From Marsupella aquatica (Eukaryota; Plantae; Marchantiophyta), in contig OZ316896.1 in the NCBI GenBank assembly GCA_973895155.1, positions 2,418,001-2,482,000 of the forward strand: 64,000 nucleotides of DNA, written 5' to 3'. Below are positions 25,301 to 37,544 of this stretch, in pieces. Positions within the stretch are counted from its first letter, which is position 1; every line of letters starts with the position of its first letter. The notes beneath the pieces are model-generated. The model worked only from the letters and a program-made list of their open reading frames with translations. It was not told the DNA's origin and did no database searches. A program made the position numbers and the translations under genes.

Positions 25301-25729
25301 AAACATATGCCTAAATTTGAGAGAGGGAAAGGAAATTGGTCACACGACAATCGTCCTGACTCCAACTCTCAGACACGGCCAGCTCCAACAACCCCAAGAT
25401 CTTCTACTCCACCACCAACGAAGTCTTTCAGAGCAAGGACACCTGTGAAAGCTCGGACAGGTGACAAAGAGATATCTACTTCTCAGTCATCCCTTATCCT
25501 ATCGTCAAAGACGGCTCCGGGTACACCAAAGCATGTGAGACCAAAGACTCCTATGCGAGGTCGTCCTCTTAATCACTTTGACTATGCCCAAAACACCCGA
25601 AGCAGTGATCAAGAAGCACCACTTGGGACCCAGACTGTTGATCGGGAGGTTACTGTTAAAGCTCCTCATAGAGACCTTGGAGTGATTAAAAAATATCCAC
25701 ATCAACCTTCATCGACTCCCATCTCTTAA
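19371..25729 (+). CDS. Acidic N-terminus, Sfi1-like Trp repeats and coiled coil; probable centrin-binding/basal-body protein, ~11 exons
   Basis: Exons near 19371-19760, 19949-20080, 20295-20529, 21378, 21592, 23510, 23948-24312, 24452-24742, 24864, 25106 and 25268-25729. Repeated L/M-x-x-x-F/W-x-x-W motifs: LRAAFAAW, LRAFRAW, MRRCWKAW, LKRLFQGW, LRQSFKTW, LAEAFTTW, LNKAFQAW. Start codon uncertain. Confidence 0.7.
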
Positions 25730-27704
25730 GTCCTTTGGATGCACCTCGTGGAGCGAAATTTGTCATTTGAGTACATCGATACCCTGCTTGTCACGACAAT
25801 CACGACAATCATTGTCAAGTTTTCTAATTGCTCACAACCACAAGTTCTGGGCATGTTACATTGTAAGTAAAGCTTCGTTGGATGTTTTACAGGATCAATT
25901 GACAGCAGAGTTCATTGGCTTAAGATGAATATGTCATGTTTGTACATCATTTTGCCATCATGTAATATAATTTCATGCATCCTTTGCCTGCCATGACCTC
26001 TGTCATGCTCCCTGACTGAAGTATGGGAATGAAAATTTTCTTTTGAAAGCAAGCCCAGGATTGGAACAATAAGCGCAGCTTGCTGATGTTAAGGGTCAAC
26101 GGAACACTTGAAGTGATGCGTTCCACTTCATTCTTAAGTCCCTTTCTTGGTGATGGTAGATTTTGATCTTTGAGCTTTTCTGAATTCGTTACACTTTGTC
26201 ACTCGCTGGTTCTTCCTCCTTATTGTTTTTCATCTGCCCTCTGCTCGATTAGGAGTCTGTGAACTGAACAGTTAATTCATTAACACCCAACATCATAACC
26301 GAGCCCACGGATTTAGGCAAGCATATGTTGCGTGTGACCCTGTAAACTAACCGTCACAAAACAAGACGTGAATAAGTATTTGTTGCAATCCAAAAGTGAG
26401 TCACTACGTATGTTTTTTAGTGGATCAAGGCTTAGGCAGGGCATCAAGGGCACAAAGAAACGGTTTAAGTACACTTGTGAATCATCCCAAAATTGTGCCT
26501 TAGTGTGAGCAGCTGAATCCTTTCAAATTCTTACAGACCAGGTTTAGGCATGACGGGAGGCATGGGTCACTTGCTATCTCCTTGCTGACCATCTTCCATA
26601 CTAACAAAAAGGGTTTTTTGCAACATAAACACATCGAAGTTCACGGTTTGTGGGCAATCCTACCACTTTTCCCTGCAGTCTGTTTACAAAAACCAATCTA
26701 GGCATAGCTAATCATGGCCATTTGATGAGGGTGATTTTTCAAAAAATCCCAATATCCACAGGCTGAAGTTCAAAAACATCCCTTGCAAATGCAACTGCAG
26801 ACAAACAGGATCTCCAAGTGCTAGGTAGTCACATGATGATATCACCTGTTTGTCAAACAATTCCCACATCTTAACTAGTCCATATTGTGCCAAGGGAATC
26901 TTCTCATCTCTTGAACTGGTCAGTGTTTGCTAGTAAGTATACCTTACATGTAGGGTAAAGATTGGCATATTAAGTAGAAGTTGTACCAGTTTGACTTGCC
27001 CAGGTGAGCTTGCTAACCTGAAGCATGGAATGGATATGAACATTGAAGATTGAAAAACTATGATGACAACATGCCAAAGAAGGCCACCCAAGGCTTGGAA
27101 TAACAAGTGGTTTGAAAGTTTATTGAGATTGTTCATTAAAGTCCCATGCTATTTGAACTTTGTTTGGTTAACAATCCAAGGGTATTCTTGAACTTAAAGC
27201 CCGGATGGACTGGCAGGTTGTCCATGAAGCCCCCATGGATAAAAGAAACTTGGATGGACTGGGCTAAAACATATAAATATGCATGGATACTATTCTTTAC
27301 TTTTCTGTCCATACAAAACAGTGTCAATGATCAAAGCATCACTTCTGTCCAAAGATTTTCCCCGTCACTAACTCTGTCCTCACTGATGTCTTAAAGATAT
27401 TTTGTCAGAGGTCAGAGCACTTTAATTGAATGCTTCGCTCCATTCCCTAAATAGAGTTCAATAAAAATATAAAGTATATTTAGGTCCTTATATAAATACT
27501 TGATTTGGCCTCTATGCTTTATCAAACTTCGAGTATGAGTGCTTCACTTTTTACTCATAGTGCCTCAAGTAATTTGCTCAATGGTAAAATACCAAATGAA
27601 CTTAATTTACTCCAAAAAATAATTTAATGTTTATAAGCCCGGTTAAAAGGGAATCAAGTAACACAGTGACTCATTAACCAAAGGAACAATTCTGGTTAAT
27701 TGTA

Positions 27705-27900
27705 ATGTGCGAGCAAATAGTAAAATTTTTCCTCGCACGAGCAAAAAAAATTCCTGCATGACCCCTATTTTCTACATGCAATTGCCTCACTATCAACTAC
27801 CTGGCTGGTAGCATCTCTTTTGGGGACTCCCTTTTTGCTAGTGAGCTCGCTAGCCATCTGCAGCCTTTAAAAAACACCAAAAATGTAAGAGCACCAAAAA
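27705..27900. repeat. Dispersed repeat, related copy at ~36380-36545
   Basis: Shared tcct(c/t)gcac(g/a)agcaaaa...ttttcta(c/t)at(g/c)caatt..cctc.cta.caac...ttttggggact...ttt(t/g)gctagt. Confidence 0.6.
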
Positions 27901-29693
27901 GCAACTGAAAATTGGAACCATTATTGTCTCGCTATCAAAATCTCCTCACTATCAAAATCTCTTGTTTGCTCGCAACATAGAATACCTCAACAATTCTCAC
28001 CAAGGAGGCTATGGGGCATATCTAAGGCAAAAATAATCTCAATTTTTACAATGGATTCATATTTTTCTTCACATTTGTTAAAGATTCTAGGGCATTGACA
28101 CTTTGCGGAATGACTATACTACTTTCAGAAATGCTTTTACATAATCTTGTAGTTTATATAACATTGCTCTTGTTACCGGGATTGAAGGAAGTTTTTCATT
28201 GTGGAGGTAAAGGAAATTTTAATTTGCATAAGCAGTTGTTGAATATTATTTTTGACAGACCATTGTTCTTGTTGTAAATAATGTTTTGACTAATTTATTG
28301 CTATAGTGCTATTTGAGATTTTTTGGGGGAGTATTGTTAATGAATCCTATTTTTTAGAGAGCGCTGCTCTTGTTACAAGGAGCGCTTCGAGTACTTTGCC
28401 GCGGCGGAGATGCGGAAGATTTTAAATGTGTGTTTTCATTCCATTTCATTGACATCCTCAAATTGACTTTGAGGTGAGCACGCAATGTTCTTAGAGGGAC
28501 AGAAATGTAGGTAAACAATTAATGAGAGAGTTTACCATCCATTTACAGTTGGGCTGTCTCATAATTAGGTGTAAAATGGTCTGTCCCTTGTCACAGTCCA
28601 TGGGGATAGATGGGAGAACGTAGCAGTCCATCTGGGCTTTTGTTTCGGTATTCTTTGGAGACAGATAAATAAAATCCCTGAAAGGATGTCATGCATGCTT
28701 GCTAACTTGTGGTTGTGTCTTAAGACCAAACCCAAAAACAATGTATCACGCAATCTTGTTTGCATGATAAACCCTCCCAAGGTGATTCACAATATCAAGC
28801 ACAATAGTGACCATTTTCCCAGGGCCATTTTCTAGCCATTTTAAATGATTATTATCCATCATTTTAAATCCTAACTAGCTTTGTTCCTGGAGCCATCCAT
28901 GGGTAAACTAATGGGACCAAAGGTGATCACATTGAGAGAAATGATGGCCTGACCAAGTTTTTGCTACCATGTTAGCACCAGCCCCCAACACTAACAGCTA
29001 TGATATTATCTAGCATACATCCATTCTTACTCCAACTTTGAATTGCCCAGATATGTGAGGTTGATGCTCCGGGTTTATTTTAGTGTATATTTTGGGGTAC
29101 CACGTGCTATCTTAGCCTAATATAAATACACATATTTTATAAAGAAACTATTTCAAGAATAATACATATTTTCAATATTACTGATTTATTTTATTTAATG
29201 ACTTATATATTAGAGAATATTCTATAAATGTGTTTATGATATCCTCTTTTGCCTCGTACGCTTTAGGAAAAAATTCTATTTTTTTATCAAAAATACTTGT
29301 TGTGGAGTGCACATGGTTACTAAGATTTTTTATAGTCAACCCCCATCCCTGGTTGGGTAAATTTTGGCTATTTAATATCTTCTTGATTTAGTATAGTTTT
29401 TAAATTGATAATAGGATTATGTTATCATTAGCCTCGTCATTAGCCCAATGCCCGTGCATTGCCAGTATTGTCAATAGTAAAGTGTTCACAAGCATAAGTG
29501 AGATGGCCAGACAGTCAAACACTGCGGGGAGTAGGCAATTCAATTTGGCAACTCAAGGATCTTGAGAGCTGGGGAGCATCACAAGTTGGGGCGCTGAAAC
29601 TGTGCAGAATGACATCTTTAGGCCTATTTCATGGTTAGGAAAAATGTCACCATAATCAAGCAGGCCAGTGAGGTTTCCCGCTTGACTGACACT

Positions 29694-30158
29694 AAAACAA
29701 ACCATGAGAGAAAGAGCAGAGTTGCTTATTATAGTGTTTTAAATTAGATTAGATTAAGTATAAACTAAGTAGGAAGGTAAGAGGGTCTTGAAAGGTGATT
29801 TGAAACTTACTTTGGAGGGAGATTGTGATGGCATGTGCATGACTGAGCCTTCAAAAACAAAGCATGAGAGAAAGGGCAGAGTTGCTTATTATAGTGTTTT
29901 AGATTATATTAGATTAAGTATAAACTAAGTAGGAAGGTAAGAGGGTCTTGAAAGGTGATTTCGAACTTGCTTTTGAGGGAGATTGAGATGGCATGTGCAT
30001 GACTGAGCCTTCAAAAACAAACCATGAGAGAAAGAGCAGAGTTGCTTATTACAGTGTTAGATTAGATGAAGTACCAACCTAAAAAGGAAGGTAATTATAA
30101 CCTAAGAGGGTCTTGAAAGGTGATTTTAAACTTACTTTGGAGGGAGACTGAGATGGCA
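29694..30158. repeat. Tandem repeat, 160-bp unit x3
   Basis: aaaacaaa(c/g)catgagagaaag(a/g)gcagagttgcttatta... at ~29694, 29854 and 30014. Confidence 0.9.
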
Positions 30159-30652
30159 TCTTTCATTTGGGGTCATTTGTGAGGACAAATTATGTTTTCA
30201 AGGCAAGCAAAACACAAAAAACACGCAACTTATTTCTTGAGGAGAGATATGCTTAGTAGACCCCTTTCTGGGAAAAGTTTGCTTAATCAATCTCCTCTGT
30301 ATTTTTCTCTAATCTGGATCGTTGATGGACCTTTCAATCTCAGATTTGGACCGTTGATAGATCTCAAGGGGTTGATCAAGTAACAAATTTCATTTTGGGG
30401 GTTATCAAGCAAATACCTCATTTCTTGAGAGAGAAGGAATTGATTCGGAGCTTTGGCTGCTTTTGTGGGGCGTACTAATGTCTTAGACTCGACTTTGCTA
30501 CAGATTATGTGCACCTGTTCAATCTCTCATTTCTGTTCTTTAAAGATATTTGGGAGGTAACCGCTCTGGGATTTGGAGCTCGGGAACCTTTCGACTCGAA
30601 GCAGAGCGGTGGATTCAATTGAAACACAGGGTTTACAGCAGGACGAGGCACC

Positions 30653-33600
30653 ATGAGCAGCATTGGCACCGGGGTAAGCTTTCCCTCCTTGCTCCCGATT
30701 CTTTAGTGTACAGACGAAGCAATTGTTTTTGATGTTTGATTTGATGTGAGCTGTTGGCAGTATGATTTGTCGGTGACTACGTTCTCACCCGACGGGCGCG
30801 TCTTTCAAATTGAGTACGCAACCAAAGCTATCGACAATAGCGGGTACGAATTGTACTGACTCAGACTCTTGTTATAGGCTGGGACACTGAATGACAACTC
30901 TGCTGGCATATTTCCGTTAGGCTGGTCGAAATCTACGCGGCTATTGATAAAGCCCTAATCGTTAGCTTGGCGATCATGAAATTCCAGTAAGGGTTACAGG
31001 GTGAAGTGTTTAGTTAAGTTCCAGTTAGGGCTTCAGGGTAATGTTTTGAGTTCAATTTGTCGGGAAGCAGTAGAAGAGGGTCCATCTGTAAGCTGTCTTT
31101 TTTCACGAACGGCAGATTAGGTCGAAGTTGACGTTTTCTCTCAAAATGCATTCCACCCTCGTCCTCCCCATGTCCCGGGCCAAGGGGAGTAAGGAAAGAA
31201 GTGAAGTTACTGTTCTCTGCGAGAGGAGTTCAGCCTTAGTGCTTGCAGGCCTCTACGAAGTAAGTCATGAAGGAGTAGGGAATGAACGGTAGACTTCGAT
31301 CGCAAAGTATGGATAATCCTCTTCCTCGCACTGTAGTAGTAGAAAGAGTAGTGAATGTGATAGTCTCAGAAGTCAATTTGACCTGTTGATATTCCCTGGT
31401 AATTTCGACTGTATAACAGACTGCTATGGTGGTTGTTGGACTCGCAGAACGGTTGTGGGTATCAAATGCAAGGATGGGATAGTTTTGGTAAGGCGATATC
31501 TCCACTCCGTGAATGCTGGTTTTCGTCCCTTATAATAGTATCCACGCATTTGACCGTCGTGGCTGATTGTCTATCCCGGCACCATATTAGCACGATTATT
31601 ATTAGCACTTTAAATGCAGACCTATGCTAAAAAGTACTGATTGGATTGAAACGAATTGTTTTAGGGAGTGGAGAAACTCATTGCCTCAAAGATGTTGCTG
31701 GAAGGATCCAACAGAAGAATTCATTCTGTGAATCGTCACTCTGGCATGGTAAGTAACTGAAGCTTATATCACAATTGAAGGGTGGAAAATATGAGCTTCA
31801 AGGCATACTTTCAGTAGAATACTTTACCCAAGGTTCTCAGTTTATTGGCTGCCATGATCCTGTTGTGCTGGGGATTGGTAACTGCAGAGACTTTGACGTA
31901 TCTTGTAATTCTCAGCATATGGATCTAGGATTTCTCGAAATTTCGGGAGAGTGGATTCTTTTTTCTTAACCGGTTTTTTAATTCAATGGCAACTCACATC
32001 ACTGAAGTGTATACTGGTCATATCAATTTCTTTATTTCCAGGGGCTGAAAGATGGGTTTTATTTAACCAGTCTCTCAGTTTCGAATCAGGGCTTTTTACT
32101 AATTCGCTCGTCGATGGAACTTCTTGAAAATCATCGAATCTTGTGCTGGTTTCCGGCAGGCTATTGCTGGGTTGGCAGCTGATGGAAGGCAGATAGTAAC
32201 GCGTGCTAGAGCAGAGGCTGCAAATTATTTAAGGTGTGTTTGCAGCAAGTTTTCCACTATAGATTGCTGTTAAGAAGCTTTTGTAAGCAGAACGTAGTGT
32301 ACGTGCTGAATATTCAAAGGTGTTTTCTTGTCATCTTATGCTCGTATCCGGCTGGAAAATATTCAGTGCCCTTCTCCAGCTCAATCTCAACTTCATCCAC
32401 ACTCCTTCTATATCCTATGCCATAGACTGCAAAACTGTCGTTCGATGAGATAATAAGTGAAGATAATATTTGCGGATGGGTGTGGTGAACTTGGACAAGT
32501 GAAGCCCAAACGCCGAACCCTATTCTGCTATCACAGACGATTCTGTTGATAGATCTGATGTAGAGTCGTTCAAATGGGTTTTTGCCTAATTTAATACCCC
32601 GGCGTGGGTTGGTCTGTGTTTGTTATACTTGAGACCTGGGTTTACGTGTAACATTCTCGATTCCAGCGACCGTCAGGTGCCGCTCGGACCCTAGGGATGA
32701 GAAATCCGAGACCTCTTCGATATCGAACTGACTACTTCACTATTAGGTTGGATCTGGACAGTTTGAACTATAATTGTCCTAGGTAGGTGTACAATACATT
32801 TGGTTATTTGCTTAACCACAATTCAACTTTGCTTCTTGCTATTTGCAGCTTCTATGGGGAGGAGATCCCAACCAAAGAACTCTGCGATAGAGTTGCTTAC
32901 TATGTACACTTATGTACCCTTTACTGGTGGCTCCGGTTTGTAGTCCATACCACTTTGAAATGATAACTTCCTTTGAGTTCTTTGGAGAGTCTGTCTAAAT
33001 TTGAATAAGGAATCTTGGATTGAGCATGTCATGGAAATGGGTTCACGATTTGGGAAGGTGGATCACAGGCCGTACTTAGATTCTTGTCTAGCCTTACTAA
33101 TTGTCGATTTGAAGGTATACTTGATAGCTTTTCCAGATCATTGGATAGTAGTCTTGCTTTTCTCCTTTTGTTGCTGTCGTTGTTCTGTGTCGACTCGTTT
33201 GCGTCTACTTACTTGCTTGTGATTGATGTATGCAGACCCTATGGTTCTGCTGCAATTTTAGGAGGATACGATAGGGACGGGCCCCAATTGTACATGATTG
33301 AGCCATCCGGTGTTGCTTATGTACTGTCACGCCTCCAACTCTTGTCATCTTAAAGAATTCATTAGGCAGAACGGGTCCACCGCTTCCTGTCATTTTTCCT
33401 CGAAAGGGACTCTTAAACCAGATAAATGGGTCCTGTTACATTTTTCTCAGGCATCCAGTGGCAATGGGTGATACTGATCTGGATAGATATTTCTGGTGCA
33501 GCGTTACTTTGGCGCGGCTGTAGGAAAAGGTCGACAAGCAGCCAAGACGTGAGTGTTCTCTATGGTTGATCTCATGATTCTGGTGCACATGTAACTCAGT

Positions 33601-34500
33601 GTGATGTATGAATGGCTTTTGTGATTTGTCGTTTAGGTGTTATTTTTGTCAGATGTGTGTTATAACAGGGAAGCTTAGTATTGAAATACATGTTTGTGCT
33701 GATCCTCGTGAAATCTGAAGCTCGTGAAACATACTGTTTAATAGGGAGATTGAGAAGTTAAAACTTTCGCAAATGACATGCCGGGAAGGAGTTATTGCGG
33801 TGGCAAAGATGTAAGAACTTTTCTTTCCGTTCAGGTTCTTTTCACTTGGCATCACTGCAAGTTCAACTAGGTTCTTAAATTTTTTTTCGCATCGATTGTT
33901 TCAAAATTTGCACGATAGTTCGATTTCTAAAACTAGAATGGAGACAATTGCTATATGTGGCTTTTTTTACTGTTCCAAGTGTTTGAAGGTGTTGTCTATC
34001 ATGTGCCAGAAGAAGGTTTAGATCTATCGTATTTCGTGCTTCATCTAATCAATGTCCAAGGGGATCACTGACTTTAGTGACCATCCTCGAGTGCAGAATA
34101 TATAGTGTCCACGATGAAGCTAAGGACAAGGCTTTTGAGCTGGAAATGAGTTGGATCTGTGAGGAATCCAACCGAGAGCATCAGCGGGTGAGATTTTTGT
34201 CTTCCCCTCGTCCTGTCAATGAACTTCATCACTGTATAGAGTGCAAAAATGCGGCAGAAGTCAAAGTCCCGGTTGGAGCAGCTCTCATGGTAGCATACCA
34301 TCGTACTTAATTCATGCAAGGGTTCATACAGATATACTTGATGCCTGTGAATTCGAAATCGTGGTTCCAATTAGATTAGATCAATTCAGATGAAATGCTG
34401 AAGTTTTAGCCTATGGACGTGGCAGGTTCCTTCTGATCTTTTGGCGGAAGCGAAGGCAATTGCGAAGGCTGCACAGGAAGAAGATATGGATGCTGACTAA
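30653..34500 (+). CDS. PAG1: 20S proteasome subunit alpha type-3 (alpha7), multi-exon
   Basis: MSSIGTG|[28 protein letters not shown]|[13 protein letters not shown]|[11 protein letters not shown]...[12 protein letters not shown]|[17 protein letters not shown]...[19 protein letters not shown]...EEDMDAD*, with canonical GT-AG introns. Confidence 0.96.
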
Positions 34501-34812
34501 GTACATGATTTCTTTGGAAAGTGCCTCAGCTGCCAGATGGTTGGTGTCAGGCAATGCAATAGTTTCTGTGTGCGTTCTCCAGATAACGCAGCTAGCGTGA
34601 TGCCGTTTTCCATGCGAGCGCCTCTGAACTTACGTGGTGCCCGAAGCTTTTTATGAAATAGAGGTGTGCACACATGTTGCACTGTTTGCACGCTCTTAGG
34701 TCACATTTTGTTTTTTCCTAAGCTGCCCTTGCAAGAAAGGCAAAAGAACGAGAGATCGAAGGCGCAGTGCGTCCTTAAGGTGTGAAATCATATCGATCCA
34801 TTAGAAACAGGC

Positions 34813-35040
34813 CTGGTCATTCGCATCTCACCGATGAAGGTCATGAAACACAGAGAAATCAAGGGTACCCCGGTCCTTGGGTGACTTTGTTCAACATTGA
34901 TAACAGGAGATCTACGAATTAGTGCTCCATTCTTGGTCATTCGCATCTCACCCATAAAAGTGATGAAACACTGAGAAAGCAAGGGTACTCCGTTCCTTCG
35001 GTGGGTTTGTTCAAAAATGATAACAAGAGATGTAAGAATC
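34813..35040. repeat. Tandem duplication, 120-bp unit x2
   Basis: tggtcattcgcatctcacc...gaaacac(a/t)gagaaa(t/g)caagggtac...ttgttcaa...tgataaca at 34814 and 34934. Confidence 0.85.
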
Positions 35041-35574
35041 GATAGTTCGTGCACCTTCGAAGCCATTGTACAAATGCACCCATTTTAAAAATTTGCGAAA
35101 ATAGCTTTCTCAGTCTTCAATCGAGGTTTTCTTAGAATCGCTTTTTGGCATTGCCAGAGAAATGTCCGTTTGATGTCCACTTCGAGTCTGGAAGGAGGCC
35201 AATTAGGGTTTAGGGTAAGTAGCTCGCCTCAGTTGACTATCCAATTGTGGCAGCACAGAAAATCCAGAAACATTGCTCTCTCCAACATATGAAATTTTGA
35301 AGTTGTTTGCTAGCAAGATGACGAGCGCCATGGAGGCCCTCCAGCGTTACTCTACATGCCATGATGAGACCCTTGGGTGGTGCATGGACCAGTATCTTAG
35401 GACAAATGTGGAGGGAAAAGTCTGAAAATAAACCTAATTTTTTAATGTTTGCAATATAGAAACTGTGATCAGTCAATAGACCTATTCTTGAGCCAAGTGA
35501 CCAGCCAATAGACCTATCCTTAAGTCAAGTGGTGATAATAAATGATGCAATTTAGTTTTTATTTGGAAAGCGTG

Positions 35575-35706
35575 TGAATTGCGGCCTACTTTTCACAAGC
35601 TAGGGTCTAGAGTGAAGCGCGAATTGCAGCCTACTTTTCACAAGTTAGGGTCTAGAATGAATTACAAGCTAGGGTCTAGAATGATGCCTCTAGACTGTAA
35701 CTCTAT
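35575..35706. repeat. Short tandem motif (acaagctagggtctaga x3), related to inverted copies at ~49080-49290
   Basis: gcctctagactgtaactcta at 35686 is the near reverse complement of tagagtcacagtctagaggc at 49086. Confidence 0.6.
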
Positions 35707-36574
35707 GGTCATCATGTGTATGGAAAAAAATTATGACATGATTATGATATATGTACATGTCAATTTTATGTGATAATTTTTAAATATTTATATTCAAAAA
35801 ATATAGATAATATGGCCCCATCACACCAGAACATATGTGCATAGAACATAGATGTGCATACAAAAAGCATGATGTGCACATCAAGAAGAATGATATATTA
35901 TATATGACTATTAAAATGATAATTTTTTTTTATCATTTTATTAATCTTCAAAGAATATGAATAGAGAATATATTTTGATAATTCTTTTATTGTTTTCTTC
36001 GCTATTCACTTTCAAAGAATGGGTAATCGAAGCTAGTTTTTTTCATTTTTCATGCTGCACTTTTCATACTTTTGTGACAAATGTTTTGCAAAATTCTTGG
36101 CATCATTGTGCCATGTCATCTTTTGTCCCAAGCCTAAGCATGTGTCCTTGGATGCTTGGATTTTTCATAGACTTGTTGTGTTTAGGGCAACACTGGCAAA
36201 AACGGTGATGTTTAGGAAAAGGGGAAAAATTAAAGAAAAAAATTAAAAATTACAATCCAAACAACACTGAGCCAATTGGGTAAACAAAGCAAAATATAGC
36301 CATTTTTATTACTTCTCAAGTATTGGCAAAATAAGATAAATCACTTGAAAAAAATTATTGATTACTTGGGTCATTTAGCGTGTGGGGAAAGTGAAAAAAT
36401 GTCCTTGCACAAGCAAAATAGTTACTCACATGTTTTTCTATATCCAATTCTCCTCCCTAACAACCATGGTAACATCCATTTTGGGGACTACTCGTTTGGC
36501 TAGTTTGGTTAGCAAAACAAAAAGAATACAAAAGTAAGCAAAAATCAAAAGAAACTTAAAACCACTAGTGACTA

Positions 36575-36645
36575 GTTGATCCCCGTTGGAGCCCGGTTAC
36601 TAGGTAGATCAAGTGTCTAGTAACTGGGCTCGGACGGGGATCAAC
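36575..36645. repeat. Inverted repeat/hairpin, 29-bp arms and 13-nt loop
   Basis: gttgatccccgttggagcccggttactag ... ctagtaactgggctcggacggggatcaac, 3 mismatches. Confidence 0.85.
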
Positions 36646-37544
36646 CGGGCTCTGATATTGATCTGTCTAGTAACAAATCCAACAAAGCTAGTACCTGATC
36701 AATTCAAGCAAGTTAACACAGTGAGAGGAAGCATTTAATTGATATTTTTCATGTATGTCACACCAGACCCGTGACCAAAACTGATATCTGTAGTGCAAAA
36801 GGTTTTGACAATACATTCTGGGGCCATTTTCGGGCACCCATCACAAATGTGACCTAAAGTTGGGCCAATACACTACATGCTTAGATGCCAACAGCTTCGA
36901 CATGCATGCACAAGCTTCCAGAATTATAAGTCTACAGACCTAGTTATTTATGTGCCATACTGCAATAAGACACTAGTAATATTCGCCATATGACGTGGCA
37001 AAACATTCGACAACGCACACGAGTATGCAATCACATAACAGCCAGAGAAGTGGCATTGGCCCCAATTGCTTCTGGTACAGACACCCAATTGTTGCTGTGT
37101 TTCATTCACAAAGACTGGACAGATATTCAAATGATGTATGTTCTGTACAAGAGATTACAAACACGAACAGGGAGCTTAGTTGGCAACGGCATGAAAGTAC
37201 GCAAAATCTTGACAGACAGGGAAGCCATGAAGCTCGTTGAAAGCAAGACAATTTCCTGCTCAGAGCACCGTTGATAATATTGTACATTGGCATCATACCT
37301 TAACTTACTTTCATCCCCTAGGACCTTAGCACGTCCCTCCTAAATTTCAGTAATGGTTCAAGTCCCACGTCTAAAGACTAACTAGACATACAATGATGCA
37401 TAAAATTCTACCCACCGGTAAATTATTTATCAAGGAGACTGCATTGCAAGGCTACCTTGGACCGATGACTAACGTACTGTAAGTGGGACTTATTACAACA
37501 CTATGGTACAAGGCACTGCAGTCCTGTTCGTTCAACGGAGCCTT

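Noticed and set aside
24854-25729. Stand-alone 291-aa ORF
   Set aside because: It is read-through of introns and the last exons of the Sfi1-like gene.
26600-27400. Possible decayed transposase
   Set aside because: No diagnostic motif recognised.
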